Counted from the first letter of the stretch, positions 1 to 9,393 are shown. The stretch: DNA of 52,637 nucleotides from an archaeon (GCA_043806035.1 JAZDHK010000036.1:1-52637); one strand, 5' to 3'. Notes: generated by a model from the sequence alone, not told the origin. Made by a program: numbers and translations.

Positions 1-196
1 AAGTGTTTCAAGTGCAGCTCTGTCTCTATCTTAATCTTAACTGAACGTGCCACAGTATATACCCAGTATATACTAAGTATAAATATTTTTCGGTTTTCAC
101 AAAACTACTCACGAGAAGTTAATCAGTTACGGAGATACTGCGAGATGGCTCTGTTGAAAAAGTCCATAGCACCAAAGCACAAGGTCATACTATCAG

Positions 197-931
197 TCAG
201 TCGGGCTTCGTCGCATTCACTGCTATAGTGGGCATGCTGCGTTCAATCCATGCTAATGGAATAAACTTGATGACGGAGAACACCAGTGTTTTAGGATAGA
301 TGCGGATGTTGCCCTGCTTGTACTCACGCAGGACGTTGGTTGCATTCTGGACAAGGCTTGCCGTGCCGATAGCGAAGGCTTGGGAGCGCAAAGATGCAGC
401 GGTGATGTTCTGGCTGATGAGAAACTGCTCCATCAGTTGCCGTGGCTGCTCAAATACTTGCGCAAGGGCGAGTATGCTGTCCTGTGCAGTCATGACCGTT
501 ATCAGGTCGGTTTTGCGCAAGGTCGTCTTGAAGATCGTGACGTTTTGCACGGGGCTGTCCTTGATCGCTTGCAGATCGATGATGACGAGCAGGTAGTTTG
601 CTGCGCGCATCTGCTCATAATTGTCGAGCGCGTACTGCTGCTGGAGCTGGGCAAGCTGCTGTTCTGAGAGAGGCAGGAGAGGATTTCCTGTGATGAATCC
701 CGTCTTGATCTGGTCGTCGTCTGCAAGCAGGAGCAGCACCGATCCCTGCGCGCCTTTCTCCTGCAAGTCCTTGACGTCAAGATAGACGAGCGTTCCCATG
801 GCGAAGATGCACAATGCGGCAAGCGCAAGGATGAGCAGCGCAGCAGTGAGCAAATGCTTGATGAATTTGATGACGATCAGCACGGCCAGCAGTAAAAATG
901 CAATAGCGATGACGGTGAGGATTATTTCCAT
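197..931 (-). CDS. Hypothetical membrane protein (two N-terminal TM helices plus soluble domain)
   Basis: 244 aa ORF; very hydrophobic first ~50 aa; TTTATAA box ~25 nt upstream. Confidence 0.7.
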   Translation of the reverse strand: MEIILTVIAIAFLLLAVLIVIKFIKHLLTAALLILALAALCIFAMGTLVYLDVKDLQEKGAQGSVLLLLADDDQIKTGFITGNPLLPLSEQQLAQLQQQYALDNYEQMRAANYLLVIIDLQAIKDSPVQNVTIFKTTLRKTDLITVMTAQDSILALAQVFEQPRQLMEQFLISQNITAASLRSQAFAIGTASLVQNATNVLREYKQGNIRIYPKTLVFSVIKFIPLAWIERSMPTIAVNATKPD

Positions 932-1082
932 GTGTTTCTGCAGACCCTGACATTTATAAACTTTGTTTTGTTAGTACTACACAATCAAAAACTATTTAAA
1001 GTTGCCTCGCATGGCAGGCACTACGTGTACGTGCGCATGAGCTGCATGTGTTCTGTGCGCGGAACGAAGACAGGTGGTGCTC

Positions 1083-1634
1083 ATGGATTCTTATGAAAAG
1101 TTGCGAAGAATGAATGAATTGGCAAAGGAGCTCAAGACGAGAGGTTTTGCTGATTCTACTATCGATGCCATCAAGCAGGCGCAGGAAATTTATGGCAGCG
1201 AGGATGAAGTGATCAACAAGAACACCACTGATCCGCAGCAGACATCCACGTTCACGGACAAGGACACGGCCGTTCCCCAGTTTGACCAGTTCAGCCACGT
1301 CCTCAAGGCGAACGAGGCGTTCAAGAAGAGCATGACCGAGCAGATGGATGCATTAACCAATGACATGCATGCCGTCATCGAGAAGGTCAACGAGATAGTC
1401 AAGAAAATCAACGAGCTGGAATCGAAGATTGCCGGCATCAAGGGCATGACCTTGAGCGAGCACCGACCAGAGCCGCGCCCTGAAGCGCAGCAGGAGCCAC
1501 CACAGGAACAGAAGAAGGACGCGCCCGCTGAGGAGAAACCTGCAGATCCCAAGCAGCCGTACAATCAGCGCATCGGTGCATTTACAGAGGATGACGTGTC
1601 CATCGAGAAGATGTTCTACATGGGCAAGCGCTAA
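1083..1634 (+). CDS. Hypothetical coiled-coil protein with Pro/Glu-rich linker
   Basis: GGTGG RBS before ATG 1083; heptad region VIEKVNEIVKKINELESKI; C-terminal DVSIEKMFYMGK motif. Confidence 0.7.
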   Translation: MDSYEKLRRMNELAKELKTRGFADSTIDAIKQAQEIYGSEDEVINKNTTDPQQTSTFTDKDTAVPQFDQFSHVLKANEAFKKSMTEQMDALTNDMHAVIEKVNEIVKKINELESKIAGIKGMTLSEHRPEPRPEAQQEPPQEQKKDAPAEEKPADPKQPYNQRIGAFTEDDVSIEKMFYMGKR

Positions 1635-2167
1635 TCTTTCTTGCGAAATCTTTTTTTTACAATCGCATGCACGTGTGCCTTGACGCGAAGCACGCTGAAG
1701 GATTTTCTGTACTCATATGCGATCAGGCCGAGCACGATGAGCAGACCTACGACCGCGACAGCATACTGCCAGGGAAATGACTGCTCTTTGCGTACGATGA
1801 TGCTTGTTTCTGCCGTGCTATTCCCGTACGGGCTGGTAAGCAGGACGTGCAAAACATACTGTCCTGGAGGCAGGTCTTTGGGAAGTGCAAGGTCAGCGAC
1901 AAAGCTTGCCTGCGTCTCTATGGCGACGGTCTTTGCCCTGCTGACGATGATGTTCTCCTGCTCATCCTGCACGTCATAATTCAGGGCTATGTCTATCCTG
2001 TTCTCCGTTGCCAGGTTGAGCACGTTTATCGTGAACCAGATGTCTTTTCCCGGGGTGACTACTGCATACGTTGAGGGCAGGTCGATGTCCACGTTGAAGT
2101 TTTCGGCACGCAACGGTGCACAGGCGAGGAGAAGAGAGAAAAGGAAGAGCAGCAGTCTGGCGTTCAT
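1631..2167 (-). CDS. Membrane-anchored single Ig-like domain protein
   Basis: Signal peptide (RLLLFLFSLLLAC), beta-rich domain with LPPGQYVL, C-terminal TM plus basic tail; resembles the membrane-proximal domain of the 9666..14027 protein; start could be 2212. Confidence 0.7.
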   Translation of the reverse strand: MNARLLLFLFSLLLACAPLRAENFNVDIDLPSTYAVVTPGKDIWFTINVLNLATENRIDIALNYDVQDEQENIIVSRAKTVAIETQASFVADLALPKDLPPGQYVLHVLLTSPYGNSTAETSIIVRKEQSFPWQYAVAVVGLLIVLGLIAYEYRKSFSVLRVKAHVHAIVKKRFRKKD

Positions 2168-2277
2168 GTTTTCTCTGTTCACATGTGCATTAATAAATGT
2201 TGTCACATTCACTTCTCATCTCGACACCACTCGCGAGAGATATACACGCATCGTCCTGCACGAGATTCGTTGTCCGT

Positions 2278-2658
2278 CTATTCTTGATGGACTGCCTTGA
2301 GGACGCGTTCGATGAGGTCCTTTTTTGCGAATGGTTTTGTGATGTAGTCGCTGACGCCGTCCAGCCTGAGCTTCTGGTAACGTTCCTCGCTGACAGGGAT
2401 GGCGCTCATGAAGATGTATTTTGCTGACACTTTCTGCTTGAGTTGGGCGAAGATGTCCCAGCCGCTCATATCCGGAAGCATGACATCGAGCAGGATGACA
2501 TCGTACTGTTCATCAAATGCAAGGCGCAGGCCATCCTCTCCTGTGAAGGCGAGGTGCACGGTGAATCCTGCCATGGACAGGATGAGCTTGACTGCTGCGG
2601 CAGTGTCCTCATTATCCTCGACATAGAGCACGCGTTTATTCTCAACGACAACCATCAT
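2278..2658 (-). CDS. Stand-alone response regulator receiver (CheY-like)
   Basis: RVLYVEDN, ILLDVMLPDMSG, FMSA and DYITKPF motifs; start moved to the ATG at 2658. Confidence 0.93.
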   Translation of the reverse strand: MMVVVENKRVLYVEDNEDTAAAVKLILSMAGFTVHLAFTGEDGLRLAFDEQYDVILLDVMLPDMSGWDIFAQLKQKVSAKYIFMSAIPVSEERYQKLRLDGVSDYITKPFAKKDLIERVLKAVHQE

Positions 2659-2860
2659 CGACTGACCTATATCCTGCAGAGTATAAATACCTGTTTGATA
2701 ATTACCTAGTGGTAATGAATATTTAAATAAAACAGGGGAAAAAAAGAAGCAGAAAATTCCGAGAATGCACATACCTATAAAGGGCAGATATAAAGGGTGA
2801 AGAAATCATGCCTGGATAGGAGCAGGATAAGAAAAGAACAGCACATCACGAACAACCAAC

Positions 2861-4018
2861 ATGAAACCCTTCGACAAGAAACTGATGAATTTTCTCTACG
2901 AGCTCACCAAGCTCGACAAGTACTATAGCGATAACGAGCTCGCCAACAAGATCCTGCTCGAGGGCAGCAAGCGAGTCACCTCAAAAACAATCAGGAGCTG
3001 GTTCCGCGTCCTGGACAAAGGCTGCTTCGACTACTATCCCTATCCGCAATATGAGAAGTTTGGATTGCAGCTCTACATCCTTTTTGCCGACGCTGACGAA
3101 CACGTGCTCATCAACAAGATCCCCTACCAGTATTACGTCGCGAAATGGTACTCGTTCCGTGACCTGAAAGAGGTGCTCGTTCTCGCGTATCTCATCCCGA
3201 CTGGGTTCGAGAAGGAATTCGGTGATTTGGTCAAGAAAGAACACGCTCTGGACAACCTGCGATGGTATCAGCTCTACAAGGCAGGCATACCTCTTGCGCT
3301 CTACAACGAATTCCACAGATGTATAAATAGGGATGGATCGGGAAAGCTGCACAAGCCAAAGAACCTGGAAGAACAGCTTTCTTTGCTCAAGCATCACTAC
3401 CAGCACCTGCCTCGACCCGTACTGGCAGACATCATCAAGAAGAACCCATTCATCATTCCTGTTGTCTTCGAATACTCACGCGACCATTGGCACAGCAAGC
3501 AAGTGTGGAAAGCGTTACAGAGAAAATTCGGCAAGGAAACCTGGACGTACGTGCAGAAACGGAAAAGCCAGCAGGAAGGCCTTGGGCTGAAACGCGTGCA
3601 GGACACCATGAAAAACCTCAATACGTCAAACTTGTTCGTACAGATGCGCCCCGTGTATTCTGCATTGGAGCAGGCGAACATGTTCTACTTCAGCATCTGC
3701 AGCTTCAGCAACATTGACGAGCTCATACAGCTGATCAGGGAACTGCTTCCGCTGTGCATATTCATCTACATCTTCCCCATATCAGAGAACAGAGCAGCTC
3801 TCCAGCTCGTGATAAACGGCAACTTCCTGGGAAAGGCAGCAGTCATCTTCGAACAGCATGTCTTCCTGGAACAGCTCCTCTTCCTCAACTTCGAGAAGAG
3901 CTTCGCGCTCTGGAAGCGAGATATTTTCAAATTCAAGGACTACTACCACTTCAATCCCTTCACAAAGGCATGGGAGAATTTCCCCATAAAAGGAAAAAGA
4001 AAAAAAGTTTGCATCTGA
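2861..4018 (+). CDS. Putative HTH / Lrp-AsnC-like two-module regulator
   Basis: 385 aa; N-terminal FDKKLM...SDNELA...VTSKTIRSW HTH-like segment followed by YPQYEKFGL (AsnC-like linker); weaker second module in the C-half. Confidence 0.5.
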   Translation: MKPFDKKLMNFLYELTKLDKYYSDNELANKILLEGSKRVTSKTIRSWFRVLDKGCFDYYPYPQYEKFGLQLYILFADADEHVLINKIPYQYYVAKWYSFRDLKEVLVLAYLIPTGFEKEFGDLVKKEHALDNLRWYQLYKAGIPLALYNEFHRCINRDGSGKLHKPKNLEEQLSLLKHHYQHLPRPVLADIIKKNPFIIPVVFEYSRDHWHSKQVWKALQRKFGKETWTYVQKRKSQQEGLGLKRVQDTMKNLNTSNLFVQMRPVYSALEQANMFYFSICSFSNIDELIQLIRELLPLCIFIYIFPISENRAALQLVINGNFLGKAAVIFEQHVFLEQLLFLNFEKSFALWKRDIFKFKDYYHFNPFTKAWENFPIKGKRKKVCI

Positions 4019-4363
4019 TCACACGACGATAAGCGTCATCTCATAGTTGTCATCTGACTTGATAATGTACGTTCCTGCCTCATCGAACGTGTACTCATGC
4101 TCTTGATATGTAGCCAATGAGCCCGAATCGAATATCTGATAGCTAGAGATCACGTGCACACTGGTATCTTCGTTAACCCAACCCATGTCCTCTCCTGCGT
4201 TGATGGTCACGATATTTTCTTCGAAACCCTCTCCGGTAACCGTGACAGGGCCTCTGATGCCTCCGCCGCAACACTCGGTGCTTGCAACACTTGGCGTGGG
4301 CAAGATTGCCGCCAACGCTAACAACGCTCCTACGAGCGCTAACGCTATGTAGAAACTCTTCAT
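4019..4363 (-). CDS. Secreted cupredoxin/plastocyanin-fold protein lacking the Cys/His copper ligands
   Basis: Signal peptide; VTINAGE..WVNED..VH...FDSG...YTFDEAGTY pattern; no C-x2-H in the C-terminal loop. Confidence 0.7.
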   Translation of the reverse strand: MKSFYIALALVGALLALAAILPTPSVASTECCGGGIRGPVTVTGEGFEENIVTINAGEDMGWVNEDTSVHVISSYQIFDSGSLATYQEHEYTFDEAGTYIIKSDDNYEMTLIVV

Positions 4364-4469
4364 GTACTCACCCCTTTTTAGCCGAGCATCCGCTCAGCCT
4401 TGTCCTCTTTCCTGGCAGTGTTAGTATATAAGACTGGGGGGAAAAATCTTTTGAAGAAATTCCGAAGAA

Positions 4470-4952
4470 TTACGTTCGTTTCTCGACGTGGTCGAAGAAA
4501 TTGAAGATTTTTTCGAGGAGTTCCTCTTCCTGCGTTTTTGGGCTGAAGGCGACGACCGCAACATCCGCGCGGGTTGCTGCATCCGTCAGCTCCTTCACGA
4601 ACTTGGCCACTTTATTCTCATTGTTGTAGATGAGCAACGTAGAGAGCGCGTCGATGATGAGGAATTTGTCGCCGGGAATTTCTGAGAAGAAGGCACGGAT
4701 GGCAGCACTAAGCAGGTCCAGCTGCTCAGGGCTGATGTGGAGCACGTCATCCCTGACGCGTTCCGTGGTGACGCAGTCGACAAAGAAGAGCTTGTCCGTA
4801 TCGATATTCTGCTTGCGCAACAGATCTTCCATGCTCTTCTGCGTCTTGTTCAACGAGACGTAGATGCCCACTTTTCCCGAAAATGCACCGACTTCTTGCA
4901 GCAATTCGTCCTGCAGATGTTCGACGCTGCATAACACCAATACGCTGGCCAT
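4470..4952 (-). CDS. Inactive KaiC/RecA-like domain protein (DUF7504/DUF835-like)
   Basis: GIYVSLNK, LFFVDC and FLIIDALSTLLIYN motifs; no Walker A; directly downstream of the receiver gene. Confidence 0.7.
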   Translation of the reverse strand: MASVLVLCSVEHLQDELLQEVGAFSGKVGIYVSLNKTQKSMEDLLRKQNIDTDKLFFVDCVTTERVRDDVLHISPEQLDLLSAAIRAFFSEIPGDKFLIIDALSTLLIYNNENKVAKFVKELTDAATRADVAVVAFSPKTQEEELLEKIFNFFDHVEKRT

Positions 4953-4956
4953 GGTC

Positions 4957-5313
4957 TCACGCGAGTATGTGCTGGACCCTTATGATGAGGTCTGCCTTGG
5001 CGAACGGCTTTGTAATGTAGTCACTGACGCCTTCCTGCAAGAGTTGCTGCAAGCGTTCCTGGGAGACGGGGATGGCGCTCAGGAATACGTACTTTGCCTT
5101 GAGCTTCCCCTTGAGCTTGCCGAAGATGTCCCAGCCGCTCATATCCGGAAGCATGACATCGAGCAGGATGAGGTCGTGCTGCGTCGCCTGCGCCTTTTTC
5201 AGTCCTTCCTCTCCCGTGCCTGCCGTTTCCACCTCAAAGCCTGCAGTGGTCAGGATGATGCGTACCGCGTTTGCCGTGTCTTCATTATCCTCGACGTATA
5301 AGATGCGTTTCAT
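4957..5313 (-). CDS. Stand-alone response regulator receiver (CheY-like)
   Basis: RILYVEDN, LILLDVMLPDMSG and DYITKPF motifs; ATGA overlap with the kinase. Confidence 0.95.
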   Translation of the reverse strand: MKRILYVEDNEDTANAVRIILTTAGFEVETAGTGEEGLKKAQATQHDLILLDVMLPDMSGWDIFGKLKGKLKAKYVFLSAIPVSQERLQQLLQEGVSDYITKPFAKADLIIRVQHILA

Positions 5314-7301
5314 GGTTTTCCCTCCAGAGGCAGAGTGAACGTGAATGTCGTCCCTTTCCCCACTATGCTTTCCACAGTTATGGTGCCGCCTTGCAGCTGG
5401 ATGATCTTCTTGGTTATGGACAGGCCAAGTCCTGTCCCTCCGTATTTTCTTGATAGGCTTGCATCGACTTGATAAAACTTTTGAAAGAGGTTCTTGATCT
5501 TGTCTTCCGGAATGCCTATGCCTGTATCGATGACACTCACCTTCAAGAACTGGCCATCACGCATCGCCTTGACGGTGATGCTTCCTTGCTTGGTAAATTT
5601 GATGGCGTTGCCGATGAGGTTGTTGAGGATTTCCTCGAAGCGCATCTCATCAGTCTTGATGAGCGGAATCCCCTCTTCCACATTCGCAAGGAGTTTTATG
5701 CCTTTGCTTTCTCCAAGTATGCTCAAATTATCGACGATGTTCTGTATTTTTTCTTTGACGTTCATGTCCTTGAACGAGAGCTCGAACCTGCCGCTTTCCA
5801 TGCGCGATACCTCGAGGATGTTGTTGATAATCGTCTTGAGCTGGCTGATGTTGCGCTTGATCGCTCCCAGACCCTCGAGTTGTATGGCAGAGAAGTCTGC
5901 CTTGTAGTCATCGAGTATTTCGAGATAGGCAGAGATGGCGGTGAGCGGCGTCTTGAGCTCGTGGCTGGCCACGTTCAGGAAGTCCGTCTTCGCCTGGTCG
6001 AGGTCCTGCAGGTGCTTGTTCATCTCCATGATGTCCTCGAGGATGTTCTGGGCCGCCTTCCGCGACGCTTCCAGCTCGTGTGTCTGGGAAAGCAGATGCA
6101 GCTCGGACTGTTTCTTCTCCGTGAGGTCTCTGATGATGATGAGCATATCTTTTTCCACGCAGGTCACACATAGTTCTGAATATTTTTTGCATGCTGAACA
6201 CTGCACCTCGGTCTTCACGAGTTTTTTTTGTACTTGAGCGTCCATCATGCTTTGCAGCAGCACATCGCTGAGATCTGCGGTGAAGCAATCCTTGACGTGC
6301 TTTCCTTTCTCGATGTGGAAGCAGGAGTTTGTCGATTTGTAATCAACGATTTTTTGGTCGGAAGAAACGAGTACGAACGTGTCGGGAATGGCTTCGAAGA
6401 CCTCGTGCTGCAGCCGCGCTATGTTCTCAGCGTTCACGATGCTGTCTTTGATGACACGGACGAGATATGCAATTTCGTCATCACCTGTATCCGTAAGTTC
6501 ACGTTTTTTTTGCAACGCTGATGCAACGTTCATGAGTCTGGCGATGATGACCTTGTCTATAAGCACATAGCTGCCCCCAATGAAGAACAGACTACAGATG
6601 ATGAACAGCAGCATGACTACCACACGAACGGTTTGCCCTCCGATAATCGTGTCATCTCGAGTTGTTATGGTACGTTCCACGTTCTGCGCATACACGTTTG
6701 TGAAGGTTATTGGGACGTGCGTCCTTGCCGAGAGTTGCTCTGCCAGCAGGGAATCGATGCGTTTGCCGAAGCACAGCAGTCCTGCCGATGCCGTCTCGTC
6801 GCTTGTCTTGATGATGTGTATAGTTACGAGAAGAGACATGTCCTGAACAACGATGATCCCCGTATACCCTGCATCAGTCATGTTTTCTTGGGAGAAACCT
6901 AAGCCATACCAGTCATCGATGATGTTCTCTGCAGGAATTTCTCCTGTCGGCGTTATGAGTCGTGCATAGACGACGGTGCTAGCATTGGTGAAAAGCGCAA
7001 AATCGATATCCAGCCTGCCAAATGCGTCGGGGGTGAATCCCACGTCTAAATACGTATCGTCTTTTCCCTGCACGAACGCATACGTGTCATCCCACACGGC
7101 ATAATCCAGGACACTATTACCGATGACTTCTTGCTGAAAGGCGAGAGCATCGACGACTCTGTTGATGCTTTTGTTCATGGCGAATTGGTCTTGTTTGCTA
7201 TAGTCCTTGAGCAGGACGAAGGAAAATGTGAAAAAAACCAGGATGAGGAATACGAGGTAGATGCCCAGCAAGGAAACGAGTATCTTCTGTCTGATGTTCA
7301 T
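5310..7301 (-). CDS. CHASE4-HAMP-PAS sensor histidine kinase
   Basis: DYAVWDDTYAF (CHASE4), two TMs, DDEI (HAMP), H-box ASHELKTPL, N-box NLIGNAIKF, G1 DTGIGI, G2 GGTGLGL. Confidence 0.95.
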   Translation of the reverse strand: MNIRQKILVSLLGIYLVFLILVFFTFSFVLLKDYSKQDQFAMNKSINRVVDALAFQQEVIGNSVLDYAVWDDTYAFVQGKDDTYLDVGFTPDAFGRLDIDFALFTNASTVVYARLITPTGEIPAENIIDDWYGLGFSQENMTDAGYTGIIVVQDMSLLVTIHIIKTSDETASAGLLCFGKRIDSLLAEQLSARTHVPITFTNVYAQNVERTITTRDDTIIGGQTVRVVVMLLFIICSLFFIGGSYVLIDKVIIARLMNVASALQKKRELTDTGDDEIAYLVRVIKDSIVNAENIARLQHEVFEAIPDTFVLVSSDQKIVDYKSTNSCFHIEKGKHVKDCFTADLSDVLLQSMMDAQVQKKLVKTEVQCSACKKYSELCVTCVEKDMLIIIRDLTEKKQSELHLLSQTHELEASRKAAQNILEDIMEMNKHLQDLDQAKTDFLNVASHELKTPLTAISAYLEILDDYKADFSAIQLEGLGAIKRNISQLKTIINNILEVSRMESGRFELSFKDMNVKEKIQNIVDNLSILGESKGIKLLANVEEGIPLIKTDEMRFEEILNNLIGNAIKFTKQGSITVKAMRDGQFLKVSVIDTGIGIPEDKIKNLFQKFYQVDASLSRKYGGTGLGLSITKKIIQLQGGTITVESIVGKGTTFTFTLPLEGKP

Positions 7302-8845
7302 GGTTTGTGGTCCTGCACCGATCCAGTTTTTGCCTGTTCTAACTCTTTTTTGAGCTGAATCATCTTCAACTCTCTGTCGATGGTGAGTTTCTGGAATTCC
7401 TCGAGCTCTTTCGTCCTTGCCAGCAGGGATTCTTGCGCAACTTTCTGGTCGGTGACATCGTTCTGGAAGAGCACAAAATTACTGACAGCTCCTTGTTCAT
7501 CGGGGACGGGCGCGAGTGAGAAGGCACTCCATCGTTGCGTGCCATCCTTGCGGAATGTCTTCACCGTGCCCGACCAGGCCTTTCCTTCTTTTTTTGCCAG
7601 CTCTAATGCAAGCACATCAGGATCATTTTGGGATAGGCCGAGCAGCCCTTGAAGGGTTTTGCCGATGATACTTTCAGCAGAATGTCCGTTCATGTACTCG
7701 AACGCAGGATTGCAGTAGGTGATGGGCGTGTTCTGCCTTTTGGCGTCCATGATGACAATGCCTGTGGTTGCTGCAGAGAATGCGAGGTTGCGCACTTGCA
7801 AGTCTTCTGTGCTTTTCTTGAGATCCTTGGTCATTTTCTCTGCGAGGGATCGTGCATGCTGGTGTGCAGTAAGGATGGTGTAGAGCAGGAATGCGAGCAA
7901 TGCACTTATCAGGATGCCCACAATCAGTGTAATCAGGGAAAGATACTGCTGGTCTGAAGGGAAGTCCTCTGCTGAGATGACGAATGTCCAGTTCTTGTTT
8001 GCCAGATTGATTGCTTCCGTTCGTCGGAATGGCACGTCCTCAAGCGTGAAGAATATTTCGTCGGAGTGAAAGATGCGATTTTCTGGTTGTGCATCTCCTA
8101 TGTACACTTCTATATCGACTTTTTCAAGCAGTTCTTTATTCGCATTCTCTTCTTTGAGGCTTGCTTCAATGAGAGATGTCATGGTGAATGGAATAGCCAC
8201 AAAGCCATAGAGCGTTTCCCTTCTGTCCTGGACTGTCGGCCGTTTGGGGAGGTTCTTGTAGATCGCTTGGACGAGCAGGAATCCTGACTCGTGGTTTTTG
8301 TCGGTGATGAGTGTCAGTGGCGAAGTAAGTGCGATTTCTCCCGTGTCTCGTGCGTAGTCGAGCGCTTCCCTGCGTTCTGAGGTGGAATACGTGTTGAATC
8401 CTTGTGCAGGCGTCAGGATGGAGAATGGTTCCGTGTAGAGCACGATTGCATAGTCTTCTTTGTCCACTGTGGGGAAAATGATGAAGTCGGGGATTTCCTG
8501 GCGTGTTTCGTTGAGGAAGGTATCTAGTTCTTCCCACCTGAGGTATTTGGTGAAGAACATGCCCTGTATTCCTTCGATGGAACGCTCGCTGAACGCATTC
8601 TGCGAGAAGATAGTCCATTCGTTCCTGTCGACGAAGACGCTGGAATCATAGAATCCTTTTGTGGCACGGAGCATGTTCTCATAGGTAGTGATACGTTCCT
8701 TGATGTCCTGCCGTATTTTTTCAGAAATTTTCTCAAAGCCTGCCTCTTTGTCGTCGTCGACGTAGTGCTGGGATACACTGTAACTGAGTAGGCTTCCGAG
8801 CAGGAGAACGAAGAATGCTATTGCGGGGATGAGCAGTTTGTTCAT
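7298..8845 (-). CDS. CHASE-PAS membrane sensor without kinase domain
   Basis: CHASE motifs (RREALDYARDTGEIALTSPLTL, GFVAIPF), two TMs, PAS/PAC (YCNPAFEYMNG, RKDGT, QNDVT), ends in coiled coil DRELKMIQLKKEL. Confidence 0.88.
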   Translation of the reverse strand: MNKLLIPAIAFFVLLLGSLLSYSVSQHYVDDDKEAGFEKISEKIRQDIKERITTYENMLRATKGFYDSSVFVDRNEWTIFSQNAFSERSIEGIQGMFFTKYLRWEELDTFLNETRQEIPDFIIFPTVDKEDYAIVLYTEPFSILTPAQGFNTYSTSERREALDYARDTGEIALTSPLTLITDKNHESGFLLVQAIYKNLPKRPTVQDRRETLYGFVAIPFTMTSLIEASLKEENANKELLEKVDIEVYIGDAQPENRIFHSDEIFFTLEDVPFRRTEAINLANKNWTFVISAEDFPSDQQYLSLITLIVGILISALLAFLLYTILTAHQHARSLAEKMTKDLKKSTEDLQVRNLAFSAATTGIVIMDAKRQNTPITYCNPAFEYMNGHSAESIIGKTLQGLLGLSQNDPDVLALELAKKEGKAWSGTVKTFRKDGTQRWSAFSLAPVPDEQGAVSNFVLFQNDVTDQKVAQESLLARTKELEEFQKLTIDRELKMIQLKKELEQAKTGSVQDHKP

Positions 8846-9393
8846 AGTCGTCTCTTGAAATTCTCTAATTCTCTGAACGATGGCTTGAGCGGATTTTCTC
8901 CGAGTTCATCGACCATGCGTTCGAAGAGCTGTCGCGGGTTGTTCTTGATGATGCTTTTGTTGCTGAACATGTAGACATCCTGCGACTCGAGATACTTGTG
9001 GAGGTTTTGCCGCATGCGTTCCGCGTTGAAGAAACTATCGAGTTCTTGGATGTCCTTGAACCCGTAGAGGATGATGTGCGTGTGGTTGCCGTTGGGGATT
9101 TTGCATGCCCGGAGGACATTGGCGTGTTTGGCAAGTTCGTGCTCCACTTCGAGAATACCTTTGTCCATGCCTTCCTTGGTGAGCTTTGCGAGGACGACGG
9201 CGAATATCTGGACGCCGAGTTTGGCATAGTTGAGTTCGAGCGTATATCGTTCGATGATTTGCTGCTCGAGTTTTTTTCGTATCTTGCCTACTGCCTGGCT
9301 GGAGATATTGAGCTTGGCTGCAATGTCGCTGTCGGATATGCGTGCATTATGCAGAAGAAGCTTGAGCGCTTTCCGGTCGTTCTTTGTCAGCAT
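8842..9393 (-). CDS. Lrp/AsnC family transcriptional regulator
   Basis: LTKNDRKALKLLLHNARISDSDIAAKLNISSQAVGKIRKKLE wHTH; LNYAKLG linker; RAM-like C-domain. Confidence 0.9.
   Translation of the reverse strand: MLTKNDRKALKLLLHNARISDSDIAAKLNISSQAVGKIRKKLEQQIIERYTLELNYAKLGVQIFAVVLAKLTKEGMDKGILEVEHELAKHANVLRACKIPNGNHTHIILYGFKDIQELDSFFNAERMRQNLHKYLESQDVYMFSNKSIIKNNPRQLFERMVDELGENPLKPSFRELENFKRRL

Noticed and set aside
1004-1070. Short hairpins in the leader of 1083..1634
   Set aside because: Stems of 5-7 bp in GC-rich sequence are compatible with chance; no recognisable riboswitch
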